Shown here: positions 41,883 through 51,944 of the stretch, piece by piece | Layout of the letters: the number at the start of each line of letters is the position of its first letter | Position numbering within the stretch: the stretch's first letter is position 1 | Source: Nematocida ausubeli | Taxonomy: Eukaryota | Length of the DNA: 64,000 nucleotides | Direction of reading: 5' to 3' | Assembly (NCBI RefSeq): GCF_000738915.1 | Contig: NW_026515634.1 | Coordinates: forward strand, 62,001-126,000 | The notes under the pieces: model-generated | The model's input: only the letters and a program-made list of their open reading frames with translations | Databases searched by the model: none | What the model was told of the DNA's origin: nothing | Made by a program: the position numbers and the translations under genes

Positions 41883-42668
41883 ATGATTGAGGTGAACTTT
41901 ATAGACATATTTGCAAACGGAGGCACGCCAACAGACATACTCAAAAAGAAAATGACACCAACTGTGTGCATCTCCTCAGCAAAGCCAAATGCAGCGCTGA
42001 AGGTGGAGGTGGTGTACTCCATTAGCTCCTCTAACACAGACTACGACCAGATACTGTGCAGCGAGACAGTGGAAAACATTCCTGCAGGGATGGTTGAGTT
42101 TGACCTGGAGACAGAAATACCAGATCTGTCAAAGATCCCGCGGGAGCAGCTGCTGGGCCTAGCATCGATACTTTTCCTGTTTTACACGGAAGAAGGCCAT
42201 CAGTTTGTTCGGGTAGGGTATTTTGTAAAGATAGACTACCCAGGAGTGCAGCTGATCGAAACACCAAGAGAGTACCAAGAAGACGCATTTGAGCTTGAAG
42301 AGATGGAGTACTCATCAGAAGGCGCGCGTGCAGAAGAGGCAGAGCAGATGGTAGAGAAGGAGGCCATGCAGCCCATAGGGACAGAAGAGAACGCAGAAAA
42401 AGAAGAGGACAGCCAAGAGCAGGAGAACCCAGAGGACGACGTGTCAATTGGGGCCGAGGAGGCAGAGGAGGCAAACAAAGAGGAAATAAAGCCAGAGGGT
42501 GTTCACGATGGAATTCTCTTCATAACCGAAGAGAACTTCAAAGCAATGGATATTGACATGAGCAAGATTGAAGGACAGATTCTGGACCCTCCTCTAGTAA
42601 CTGTCTTTACAGAGGCATGGACTGCAGCAGAAGAGGAAGAGAACTCTCGCCAGCCAGAGGAAGAATAG
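41883..42668 (+). CDS. ASF1: Histone chaperone Asf1
   Basis: YDQIL, IPAG..EF, PDLSKIP...LLG, FVRVGYFV; acidic insertion. Confidence 0.88.
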   Translation: MIEVNFIDIFANGGTPTDILKKKMTPTVCISSAKPNAALKVEVVYSISSSNTDYDQILCSETVENIPAGMVEFDLETEIPDLSKIPREQLLGLASILFLFYTEEGHQFVRVGYFVKIDYPGVQLIETPREYQEDAFELEEMEYSSEGARAEEAEQMVEKEAMQPIGTEENAEKEEDSQEQENPEDDVSIGAEEAEEANKEEIKPEGVHDGILFITEENFKAMDIDMSKIEGQILDPPLVTVFTEAWTAAEEEENSRQPEEE

Positions 42669-43087
42669 TAATACAGAATATTAATCATTAAATCAGTATT
42701 TGACGAACGCATTTATATAAGCCCCTTCTATGCACATTTGATTCTTTCTTCAGTACACAAAAGGGCGCCTATAGGCAGTATTTATATTTTCTCTTATTAT
42801 ACGTTGTACACCTGCAGTTTTTAAAATAAGATGCATAATGTGTAGTCAAGAGACATATTCAGCAGTGATAAGAATATGCATATATGTGTGTTTAAGCAAC
42901 AGAACATATCAGATGCTTCTATTGGCACAGTCTTGCCTTTTAAGTACTGCAGTGCTGCACACAATAAGATCAATTTTAGAGCAGTTTAAATCCATCTTTA
43001 TTTATGGTATAGCGAGGATGCAAAGCCTATAGAGACCAGAAGACCTATAGAGAGCTGGCTAGAAAGCTACAGCAATCTGCACTTGGG

Positions 43088-44905
43088 CTATAGGAGTATT
43101 TCGCCACTCTTGCTCCGATCATTAAACTCCCAAAATATCTTTTTGGCTGCGTTCTTTGGTATAGCTTCCGTCTGGTGTGCATCTATAGAAACAGTGCGAT
43201 TTTTGTACCGTATTCTCATGTCTCTTTGAAGCGCCTGCACCTCAAGAAGTTCTTCCTTCTCTGTTATTTTTAGCATCTCAACATACTCCCAGTTGAGCTG
43301 CATTTCTCTGTAGAGCATTTTCTCTTTATATGTGAAGGGAATCCGTATTCTTAGGGGGCTGAAAGAAAGAACAGAAAAAGGTGTTTTTATGAGCTTCTGT
43401 ATGTGGGCTTCTATCACTTTTTTTTCCTTGCTCTCTGCTGCTGTGTATCCAGGGACAATGCATATCCGGTGGGCAACAATTTTCTTGTCCATAGGAATAG
43501 TCAGTACTTCCACTGCGATGCTGACTGCCTTGCTGTACGTTCTACCTTTGTACTTCAGATATATTTCCTTCAGTGTGCATGTTGTGTTTACAAAGAACTT
43601 GTATTTGTTCCCAGAAGAGCTTAGAGGCGGCATAATCTGCATCTCCTTCTGTGCTGTAGACAGAAGGTTGCTTGATATGACTTGTGTATCCGAGGGAGGC
43701 CTGTGGATGAGTATTCCTGTTATCTGCACCGCGCTTGGGTGCACCTCAAAAGTCATTTCACCCTCTGTATATACTTCTTCTACGCGAACTTCTTTGTCTT
43801 CGCTTTCTGATGTTTCTGTTTTTCTGGGATGCGCACTCTCATCTATTTTGTAGACTGCTTTTGTTTCTGTAGTAGAGAGAGTGTCTTTACACTGCGTTGT
43901 GTATTCACCCACGCCTGTTTCAATTGTTATTTCTGGATCAGGCATTGCACCCTTGCAGTGCATATACTCGTCCAGAACAAGGTCGTAAGGCGTTCTTTCC
44001 AGAACCAGATCACTCTCAAGCGAGATTATCGACTGAAGGGTTTTTTTAGAGCTTTCTATTTTGTTGGGCGTACACATGCCGCACTGGATGCTTTCCATAG
44101 AAAGGCCCATTAGAGAATACTTTGTGGCATATCCTGGGCCAAGGTACAGAGACAGCATGTAGAAGAAAGTGCTGGACTTATGCGGAGATAAGCGCACCTG
44201 TGTGTACATGCTGAGAATGCTTGGGGTTCGCTTGGCTTTGGACAGGCTGAGGCCAACCAGCACAGCATTTATAGCCCGGTCCTCCTCCCCGCTGTCTTCC
44301 ATTCGGTCTAGGGCAGTGGAGATGTATGCAATCCCATCCATTGCAACTATACTTGTAGGGCTCACGAGCACTGTCAGAAGCACTTCATAGATGACATATG
44401 GAAGAACTGCAGTAAGAGAGTATGTGGTGGGCATGTTCTCCTGAATGCACTGCTTCGCCTCTTTCAGCCTGTTTATCTTTATGAAAAACACCACTACCTG
44501 CAGGCACACAGGATGCTTGACATTAAACGTAGGCACCTCAGACTTCTTAATTGCGCTCTGAACTAGTATATGGATATTTTCATTCACACACTGAACAATA
44601 CTCTGCATGGAAAGCTCTTCATTTGCAGCCAGAATCTTAGAGTAGTTTGGAAGCACAAATCCCTGCGCAGTGCATGGCTTGATGCATGCCTTGCCATCTT
44701 CTGCAATAAGATAGCCATCTATGAAGTAGAGTGGCTCAGCCATGGAGAAAACACTTATTTCAGATATTGGGAATATCTCAACATGCACGGAGAGAATCTG
44801 AGGAAGGATAAAGGCCTTTCTCACCTGGTCACTTGGCCTGTACTGCACTGTAAGCGAGTGCCTTATCCCAGAAGAAAGGATCTTCAGAGAATTCAAAACA
44901 ACCAT
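43088..44905 (-). CDS. Hypothetical protein (605 aa)
   Basis: Long ATG ORF; no motif recognised. Confidence 0.7.
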   Translation of the reverse strand: MVVLNSLKILSSGIRHSLTVQYRPSDQVRKAFILPQILSVHVEIFPISEISVFSMAEPLYFIDGYLIAEDGKACIKPCTAQGFVLPNYSKILAANEELSMQSIVQCVNENIHILVQSAIKKSEVPTFNVKHPVCLQVVVFFIKINRLKEAKQCIQENMPTTYSLTAVLPYVIYEVLLTVLVSPTSIVAMDGIAYISTALDRMEDSGEEDRAINAVLVGLSLSKAKRTPSILSMYTQVRLSPHKSSTFFYMLSLYLGPGYATKYSLMGLSMESIQCGMCTPNKIESSKKTLQSIISLESDLVLERTPYDLVLDEYMHCKGAMPDPEITIETGVGEYTTQCKDTLSTTETKAVYKIDESAHPRKTETSESEDKEVRVEEVYTEGEMTFEVHPSAVQITGILIHRPPSDTQVISSNLLSTAQKEMQIMPPLSSSGNKYKFFVNTTCTLKEIYLKYKGRTYSKAVSIAVEVLTIPMDKKIVAHRICIVPGYTAAESKEKKVIEAHIQKLIKTPFSVLSFSPLRIRIPFTYKEKMLYREMQLNWEYVEMLKITEKEELLEVQALQRDMRIRYKNRTVSIDAHQTEAIPKNAAKKIFWEFNDRSKSGEILL

Positions 44906-44931
44906 ATATTTGTTTACAGAGGTAAATAAAT

Positions 44932-45945
44932 ATGAAAATAGGAATAAATGGAGCAGGAAGAATAGGAAAAATGGTCATTAGGATAGCTCTGCAGCGGGGA
45001 ATAGAAATTGGGTGCATTAATGACCCGTTCATTGATGCAAAGTATCTGGCGTATCTTATCCGCAGGGACTCCACCCATGGGACCTTGAAGGAGTTCTCTG
45101 TGGAGCACACAGATTGCTCTCTTCTCATTCGAAAGGAGGGAATGCCTGACATGGAAATAAAAGTGACAAATAAGAGAGATCCGTCTGAAATTGAGTGGGG
45201 AAACTACGGTGTTGAGTACGTGGTTGAGTCTTCTGGGGTATTCAAAACCGTGGAGGACTGCCAGAAGCACCTGCACTCAGGAGTAAAAAGTGTAATCATC
45301 ACAGCCCCAAGCCCAGATGCACCGATGTTTGCTATAGGGATAAATGAAAAAGAATACAAAGGAGAGAGCGTAATTAGCAATGCCAGCTGCACGACAAACT
45401 GTCTTGCTCCAATTGCAAAGGTGATTGAGGAGTGCTTTGGCATAGAGGAGGGGCTTATGTCCACAGTGCATGCCCTGACAGCAACTCAGCGAATAGTGGA
45501 CGGCATGTCCATGAAGGAGTACCGAGATGGAAGAGGCGCGCTGCAAAACATCATTCCTGCAGCAACCGGAGCTGCAAAGGCGATTGGGCAGGTCATTCCA
45601 TCCCTCAAGGGGAAGCTGACCGGAATGTCTTTCAGAGTGCCAGTGGCCAATGTGAGCGTGGTTGATCTGACTGCACGTCTGAAGACAAGTGCTACACCTG
45701 AGCAGATAAAACAGGCACTAAAGCAGGCAAGTGAGACTAGTCTAAAGGGCATTCTCAGCTACACAGATGATGCTGTTGTAAGCAGTGACTTTATCGGTGA
45801 CAGTGCAAGTAGCATCTTTGATGCCTCTGCGTCAATCTTTTTGTCTGACAAGTTTGTCAAGCTGATTGCGTGGTATGACAATGAGTGCGGGTACTCCCAT
45901 CGAGTGGTTGATCTTCTCATCCACATAAGCAAGTTCCAAAAATAA
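44932..45945 (+). CDS. GAPDH: Glyceraldehyde-3-phosphate dehydrogenase
   Basis: [39 protein letters not shown]. Confidence 0.98.
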   Translation: MKIGINGAGRIGKMVIRIALQRGIEIGCINDPFIDAKYLAYLIRRDSTHGTLKEFSVEHTDCSLLIRKEGMPDMEIKVTNKRDPSEIEWGNYGVEYVVESSGVFKTVEDCQKHLHSGVKSVIITAPSPDAPMFAIGINEKEYKGESVISNASCTTNCLAPIAKVIEECFGIEEGLMSTVHALTATQRIVDGMSMKEYRDGRGALQNIIPAATGAAKAIGQVIPSLKGKLTGMSFRVPVANVSVVDLTARLKTSATPEQIKQALKQASETSLKGILSYTDDAVVSSDFIGDSASSIFDASASIFLSDKFVKLIAWYDNECGYSHRVVDLLIHISKFQK

Positions 45946-47390
45946 ATAGTCTGCTTCTTCTCATGTCATTTTTTATTTTGTTCTTTCCGCAAAGGTATTT
46001 CATGCATGGTGTCTATGCCAGATCAGGTTATATCAATAAAAGGCTCTTGAAATTTAATGTTAGCCTTTTACACTAGTTATCACTCCTGAAATAATTTATA
46101 TCTAGTATAATAGTCAAACCCAGAATATTCTGGCACAAAAAGGCAGTATATTAAGATTGAATAACTATGCTCAAATTAGAGGGGCTTCTAACTAGACATA
46201 TACCTATATGCTTTCTTAAAAGGAGTTATTTATAAGCTTTTTCTTTATTTAGACTCCTTTTAAGAAAACAAGTCTGCTGCTTGTACTTTGGCTAAGAAGA
46301 GTGGCAAGAAAGAATTTCTTTTATTTACATATGCACTTTCTGCTAATTCAAACAGTAAAGCTTATATCCAATCCACATCATCAGTCTTCCTGCTAAAATA
46401 TTCACAGCAAGAAGGAGTGATTGCGCTAGCCCTAGTTGATGCAATGAGACTGACATGCATGTAAAGGAGAGTTCTTTATGCATTTATATGTTTGCACTTT
46501 GGCCTAATTATACTTATATAAAGTAATTAATTAAGGTCCTATAACTATATATTCTTCTGTGCATGCAAATATAGCTGAAAATTCTTGCCATCTATGTATA
46601 GTTCTCGTATAGGAATACAAATCAGTATCCTGTTCATACAATCAATAATTTACCAGGAAGGCAGAGGGGGAGTGACAGATAAGGTCACATGGTCCAATCA
46701 TTAAGCCTGGTCCATTAACATACAGAATCTCTTGTAGTGTGTTGCCCACCACCAAAACTTAAAGAGGTAGCAGTTACTTCATACTTTCTACACTGCTGAC
46801 TGAGCAAGAGAGTTTCACGTCAGCAAGGCAGTAGAACCAACAAATATAAACCATCTGAAGCAGTGCACTTCTTATGAAAGTATTTTCACTTTTAATTGCA
46901 CGCTATATTTAGACAGATGTGCTATATTTAAAGGACAGTAGTATTCTTGGCTTTTCAGTAGGAATAATTCTAATTTCAATAGTTTTGTAAATCAGAACTC
47001 CCAAAGAGGCCTCTCTATTGCATATATTAGAATATACATCTGGTTAAACTGTTTGGGCTGTGCAGATTTAGAGCACTTTTCTTTTTACAGAAGAGTAGAC
47101 TAAGGGGCTCTTTTATAAAAAACTCTTTGCATATTTTGTATGCATATATACTGGCATATAGCTTTTGTTTATAAAAGAAAAAAGACTCTCATGTAGTGCA
47201 ATATAATACATGCTCAGTGAAAACATTAAGATAGAAAGTCTTTCTCCTGCACACTCAGAATAGTTAACACTAAAATACAATAGAATTTACACACTCAGGC
47301 TATTTTCTAAAAAGGTTTTAGTAAAATATATTCTCTGACCGGTATAGGAAATTCATGCCTTAAAAACCAGTAATAATTTTTTTTAGTTTG

Positions 47391-50123
47391 ATGAAGTTAT
47401 TCTGGATTATAAACCTAATGATTGCTCATGCAGTCTTTGCGCGGCTTGATCTAAAGGATATGGAATACTTGCAGAACTTGCCAATTGGTGTAAGGAACGC
47501 GTATATAATACGCGCAGATGGTCCTTTGAATCCCCTTCGCGCAAATATTTTAGACGCAAACGGATATATGCAGTGTAAGAGATTCTTTTCTCCTGAAATA
47601 GAAGTAGATTATAAACTGGAAAAAAACCTGCCTCGCGGTGCTGTCCTGTACAAATACGATTTTACAAGATGCCCTGAGAAGGACAAAGCATATGTGCCGG
47701 TAGACACCAAGAAAGCCAACTACGAGTATCTCAGCAAATACCATACGACACTTATTAAAATGTTCCCCTCAGAACAAGGATATCTATCAATCATAACAAA
47801 GAGACAAGACTCACTCTACCAGTTCCTTATATCTCCAGAGGGCATGCAAAACGCCAAATACATTCTGGCATCGCTGCTTCTTCTCTCAGAGGGCATAGAC
47901 ATTAGTCTGTCGTTTGAAGAAATTAATGAAGAGAAGCATCTTGTGCTGACGAACCAAGACAGAACATCTGTTATTTTTAGCACACGAATGTGTACTTCGT
48001 ATGCAAATGCTAAGAATAGTACCATGGAAGATGTATACCACAGCGAAGTGGCGGATATTTTTGAGTTCTTTAGGGACTGGAAGGACTGCCCTGCCTTAAA
48101 GGAAGGAGGCATATATGCAGATCCAACCAACTTCAATGATTTTCTGAAAGGCAGGTTCCTCAATGGCATGCGCTTTCTTATACAGACATACATTTTTAAG
48201 TTTGTGGATAATCAGCAAGACTATGCTGAATTCATAGAGGCTGTTTACTATATAATAATGAGTCACCTGCCAAAGAATTTCAAGGAACTTCCAGAGAATG
48301 ATCCTATTACTGCTGTTTTTCATAAGTGTTTTGTGAAGAATAGTGATGCTAGTGCTGAAATGGAGTATATTATGTCTCTATGTGATCTTAAAAAGACAAT
48401 ATATGACAACACTGCCTTTCCCTTCTATCCCGCCAGGCAGATCCCGCCTTCATATATGAAAGTGCTGAGAAACAGGCAGGAGAACGAGGATGTTAGCAAA
48501 ATCCAAGAAATATATAGAATGCGCTCAGTGGAAACTTCCATTCTAGGCCTTTTCTGCTGCCTGGCATATGATCCAGAGACAAAGAAGTACACGACTGAGC
48601 ACATGGGAGATATATCTAGTTCCCTAGCAAAGTTCTTTGCTAAATTTAGCAGTCCATCTGACATAAACAGTCACAAGATGCACGAAGAATGGAGCAAAGT
48701 TCTAAGGCCTGTGCGAATGACCAGAAACCCAGAAAATGGTGCCAAACATGAAATTGTAAGCGGCCTTTTAAGCATTCTTAATGCTGTTCTAGCACTAACA
48801 GAGAAAAAGCCTGATGTGCTGACGGCATACACCACGCTGCAGAGCATATGCTATGACAAAAAAGTAAATGCACTCAACCTAGAGGAGATAAAAAGAAGCA
48901 TATTGATAATTCTTAATCCTTTGCTGAAGAACAAAAGGGTAAAAATAATAAGCAGTCTGTTTACAATAGGTAAATCAGTAAATGGAAAGCCTGACATATT
49001 TGCGAAGATTCAGATAGAGAGCATGGATAGGAATATACAGAAGACCATGGTTCTTAACATCGACCCTGATGTATCCTACCTCTCTTTTGCGCACAACTCA
49101 ATAAACATTTCTACTCCTGCGCAGAATAAGCTCGCATACATAAAAACGAAGTTCCTGAATATGGACACCTACCTAGGATATGCTATTTCTATATATGCGG
49201 CCAATGCAGAAATTGAAATAGCAACCTGCAAGATTCGTTCTGTTTCCATCTCAATGCAAAAGATAGAGAAGCTCATCAGAGGCAGTAATGAGAACATAAA
49301 CCAAGTGTTCATGCACGGTCTGTCTTATCTGCTAAGGAATCAGGTAGATCTTTTCAAGTCTTTCTTGATTAGCTCTCTTTCCGAAGATCTCCCCAGTGAC
49401 AACCCTATGGTGCGCTTTACGTACAATATCCTGGGAAGCATGGCTCTTGATGAGCTAGAAACAAGAAGAAGGATTCTGCTATATTTTGTGTACAACAGAT
49501 ACAGCACAGGGTACTATCCTGGGATTGACTATTTTTTGGATAACTGGGCGCTTGCAGAGCCAACTGAATCAGACATATTTAGCACTTTTAACAATATAAT
49601 TGATCTGCATTCATCAGAGATCATGAGCCTCTGTTTGGCATCTCTTATAAAAATACCAAATAGCGTCTACCGCACACTGGATCTTTTGAGAAGTAGCCCA
49701 AGCGCCAAAATAATCTTCGATATTATCTTCGAATATGGCTCAATATCCCATTTGTCTCGCATTCACCACGCAATGAACAAGTCTTGGCCACCAGGAATAT
49801 ACAGCAAAAATTTGATTCCTTACATGTGGTTTTCATTTGCATGCTCGCAAGCCACCCGAGATATTACGTTTATCAAATACACGTATAATCTTATTGATCC
49901 ATTAGCAATATCTGATGATGAGATCACAGAGATCTATGAGTATGCAGACTCAGAGAAAATTCTAGAGTTTTTAATAAGAGAAAAAAATACTTTAATTATA
50001 GAAGATAGTAAGAAAAGCCTTGAGAAGTACTACAAGCTGAAAAAGCACTTTACATCAATCTCTCCTAACTCCAGCATCTACCAAAAAGTGTCTGCCTCAG
50101 TATTCCACTGTTTAAACAAATAA
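47391..50123 (+). CDS. Nematocida large-gene-family-type secreted protein (paralogue of 8895-11561)
   Basis: Signal peptide MKLFWIINLMIAHAVFA; GPLNPLR, KRFFSPEI, MFPS..G, LLLLSEG, LFCCLAYDP, RFTYNILGS. Confidence 0.8.
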   Translation: MKLFWIINLMIAHAVFARLDLKDMEYLQNLPIGVRNAYIIRADGPLNPLRANILDANGYMQCKRFFSPEIEVDYKLEKNLPRGAVLYKYDFTRCPEKDKAYVPVDTKKANYEYLSKYHTTLIKMFPSEQGYLSIITKRQDSLYQFLISPEGMQNAKYILASLLLLSEGIDISLSFEEINEEKHLVLTNQDRTSVIFSTRMCTSYANAKNSTMEDVYHSEVADIFEFFRDWKDCPALKEGGIYADPTNFNDFLKGRFLNGMRFLIQTYIFKFVDNQQDYAEFIEAVYYIIMSHLPKNFKELPENDPITAVFHKCFVKNSDASAEMEYIMSLCDLKKTIYDNTAFPFYPARQIPPSYMKVLRNRQENEDVSKIQEIYRMRSVETSILGLFCCLAYDPETKKYTTEHMGDISSSLAKFFAKFSSPSDINSHKMHEEWSKVLRPVRMTRNPENGAKHEIVSGLLSILNAVLALTEKKPDVLTAYTTLQSICYDKKVNALNLEEIKRSILIILNPLLKNKRVKIISSLFTIGKSVNGKPDIFAKIQIESMDRNIQKTMVLNIDPDVSYLSFAHNSINISTPAQNKLAYIKTKFLNMDTYLGYAISIYAANAEIEIATCKIRSVSISMQKIEKLIRGSNENINQVFMHGLSYLLRNQVDLFKSFLISSLSEDLPSDNPMVRFTYNILGSMALDELETRRRILLYFVYNRYSTGYYPGIDYFLDNWALAEPTESDIFSTFNNIIDLHSSEIMSLCLASLIKIPNSVYRTLDLLRSSPSAKIIFDIIFEYGSISHLSRIHHAMNKSWPPGIYSKNLIPYMWFSFACSQATRDITFIKYTYNLIDPLAISDDEITEIYEYADSEKILEFLIREKNTLIIEDSKKSLEKYYKLKKHFTSISPNSSIYQKVSASVFHCLNK

Positions 50124-50563
50124 ATGCATATTTTTGTGCACTTACATTGCAAAACATAGAAGAAATAAATCATTTTATCTAGCACTAAATTTCACTATAA
50201 ATCACACTATACTCTATGCTATAAATGCACCCTATATTACCACATGCACAGCATAGTATTCTGTGAACTCTTTCTTCTTTTTCAAGACTAATATATAATT
50301 TAATTACAAAGCTTTGTATGTTCTGGCTGGCCTTTGACGTCATTTAAACACTAGCCCTAAAAGACTAGTTATCCGGTTCGCTTATTTTAGTTGGAATTCC
50401 AACGTTAAATCAATCTGTCTGAAAAATAAAGTTTTAAAATAAATATTACGAGTGGCTCTACTAGTAGTAATTTTAAATAAACCTTCACTTTTGGTTTTCC
50501 TAGTGGCAAAAATAAATCTAATTTAATAATATCTTTTTTTAAGAAAATAAGTTTAATATTTAT

Positions 50564-51343
50564 ATGCAAGAAACAGATGCTTTAAAATCATATGGATTGA
50601 CTGCAGAAGAAGTTGCAGATTCTACAGTGGTAGGAAGAAAGAAGCAGGCAGAGGCAGAGTGGAACACTCTCCATCAGTCTATTAGCTGGTTCTTCTTTAG
50701 GCACATGCCGTACATTTTGTTTCTCACAATTGGATTCTTTTTTATTACTCTCAACATGACAACTCTGCTGAGGCATCCAGAAAGACTTTACATTGCAAAC
50801 GAGTCTCAGATAAAGATGCTCAAAAACTGTATGTTCGGAGGAATCGGAATAAGCTGTGTGTTCTATGGGTCAATTTTATTAACAATGCTGACAACCAGAC
50901 TGTCCAACCTTCCAAGCATATGGAGCAGAATAGCCTCTTTTGTTGTAAGAGTTGTGCTGTTTCTGTTGTTTACTGCGCCCATCTGCTACATGCTGCTTAT
51001 ATACATAAACACGCTATCCTTTATGCAGACAGGCGCTTTTATGATAACAGTGTACATATTTACAATGTACATTGTGACAGCAGGAATTCTTTCAATCTCA
51101 AACTATCTATACAAAAAACTAACCAGACCTACAGGCATTTCAAAAAAACACATAAATGATGTGTCTGACCCAAGCAGCAACAAAGGCTTCCTGTTCTACA
51201 CCCTGGCTTTTGGCTTGATTTTGGTGGGCTCTGTAGGGATTTTTATACTGCCATGCCTAGTTAATGTATACCACATGATAATGAAGACCCAAGGTATTCA
51301 AATTATAGATAAAGCATATTTAAAATATATTAGCATAGCATAG
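50564..51343 (+). CDS. Hypothetical multi-pass membrane protein
   Basis: 259 aa with ~5 hydrophobic helices. Confidence 0.7.
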   Translation: MQETDALKSYGLTAEEVADSTVVGRKKQAEAEWNTLHQSISWFFFRHMPYILFLTIGFFFITLNMTTLLRHPERLYIANESQIKMLKNCMFGGIGISCVFYGSILLTMLTTRLSNLPSIWSRIASFVVRVVLFLLFTAPICYMLLIYINTLSFMQTGAFMITVYIFTMYIVTAGILSISNYLYKKLTRPTGISKKHINDVSDPSSNKGFLFYTLAFGLILVGSVGIFILPCLVNVYHMIMKTQGIQIIDKAYLKYISIA

Positions 51344-51944
51344 CATAGTATATTTTCATAATTAAATTAGAAATTAGATAAGCTGATTTATTTAGATCTT
51401 TCTTGTTTTTATTGATTTGAGTTATTCAAAAATACGAAATAATAGATATATTTGGGCTGCCACATCTAGAAGAATATGCACATGCTAGCTTCGATTATAA
51501 TTTTCTAATCTATAAATACACATAAAGCATTCAATAAATGCAAATCTAGAATAGTGCGCCAAGAATATTCATATAACTTGAAAAAGCTGTCTAGAGTGGA
51601 GCAGGATGCTACTTTTTCTCTGAAATATTAGTCTTAGCTTTCTTATTTGCTATATAGTTTATTTATCCTTGCCTATTTGTAGACACCTGGTTTTTGGATG
51701 CTAGCTTTCTTTTTATTTCTTCTATTAATTTGAATTGTTCAATGCAAAACTTATTCAGAATATATATGCATGTATTTGTAGAGTTTATATTCTAGAAAGC
51801 ATACAAAAATAAGAACGCAGAAAACCATTCACATGACAGACTAAAATACACTTCTGCTGTATATATACCACAATTATCTCTGTAAATAAATCTGATGCGA
51901 TATTGTAGATCATATCAGAAGAATTTTACTAATATAGGAAGCAT

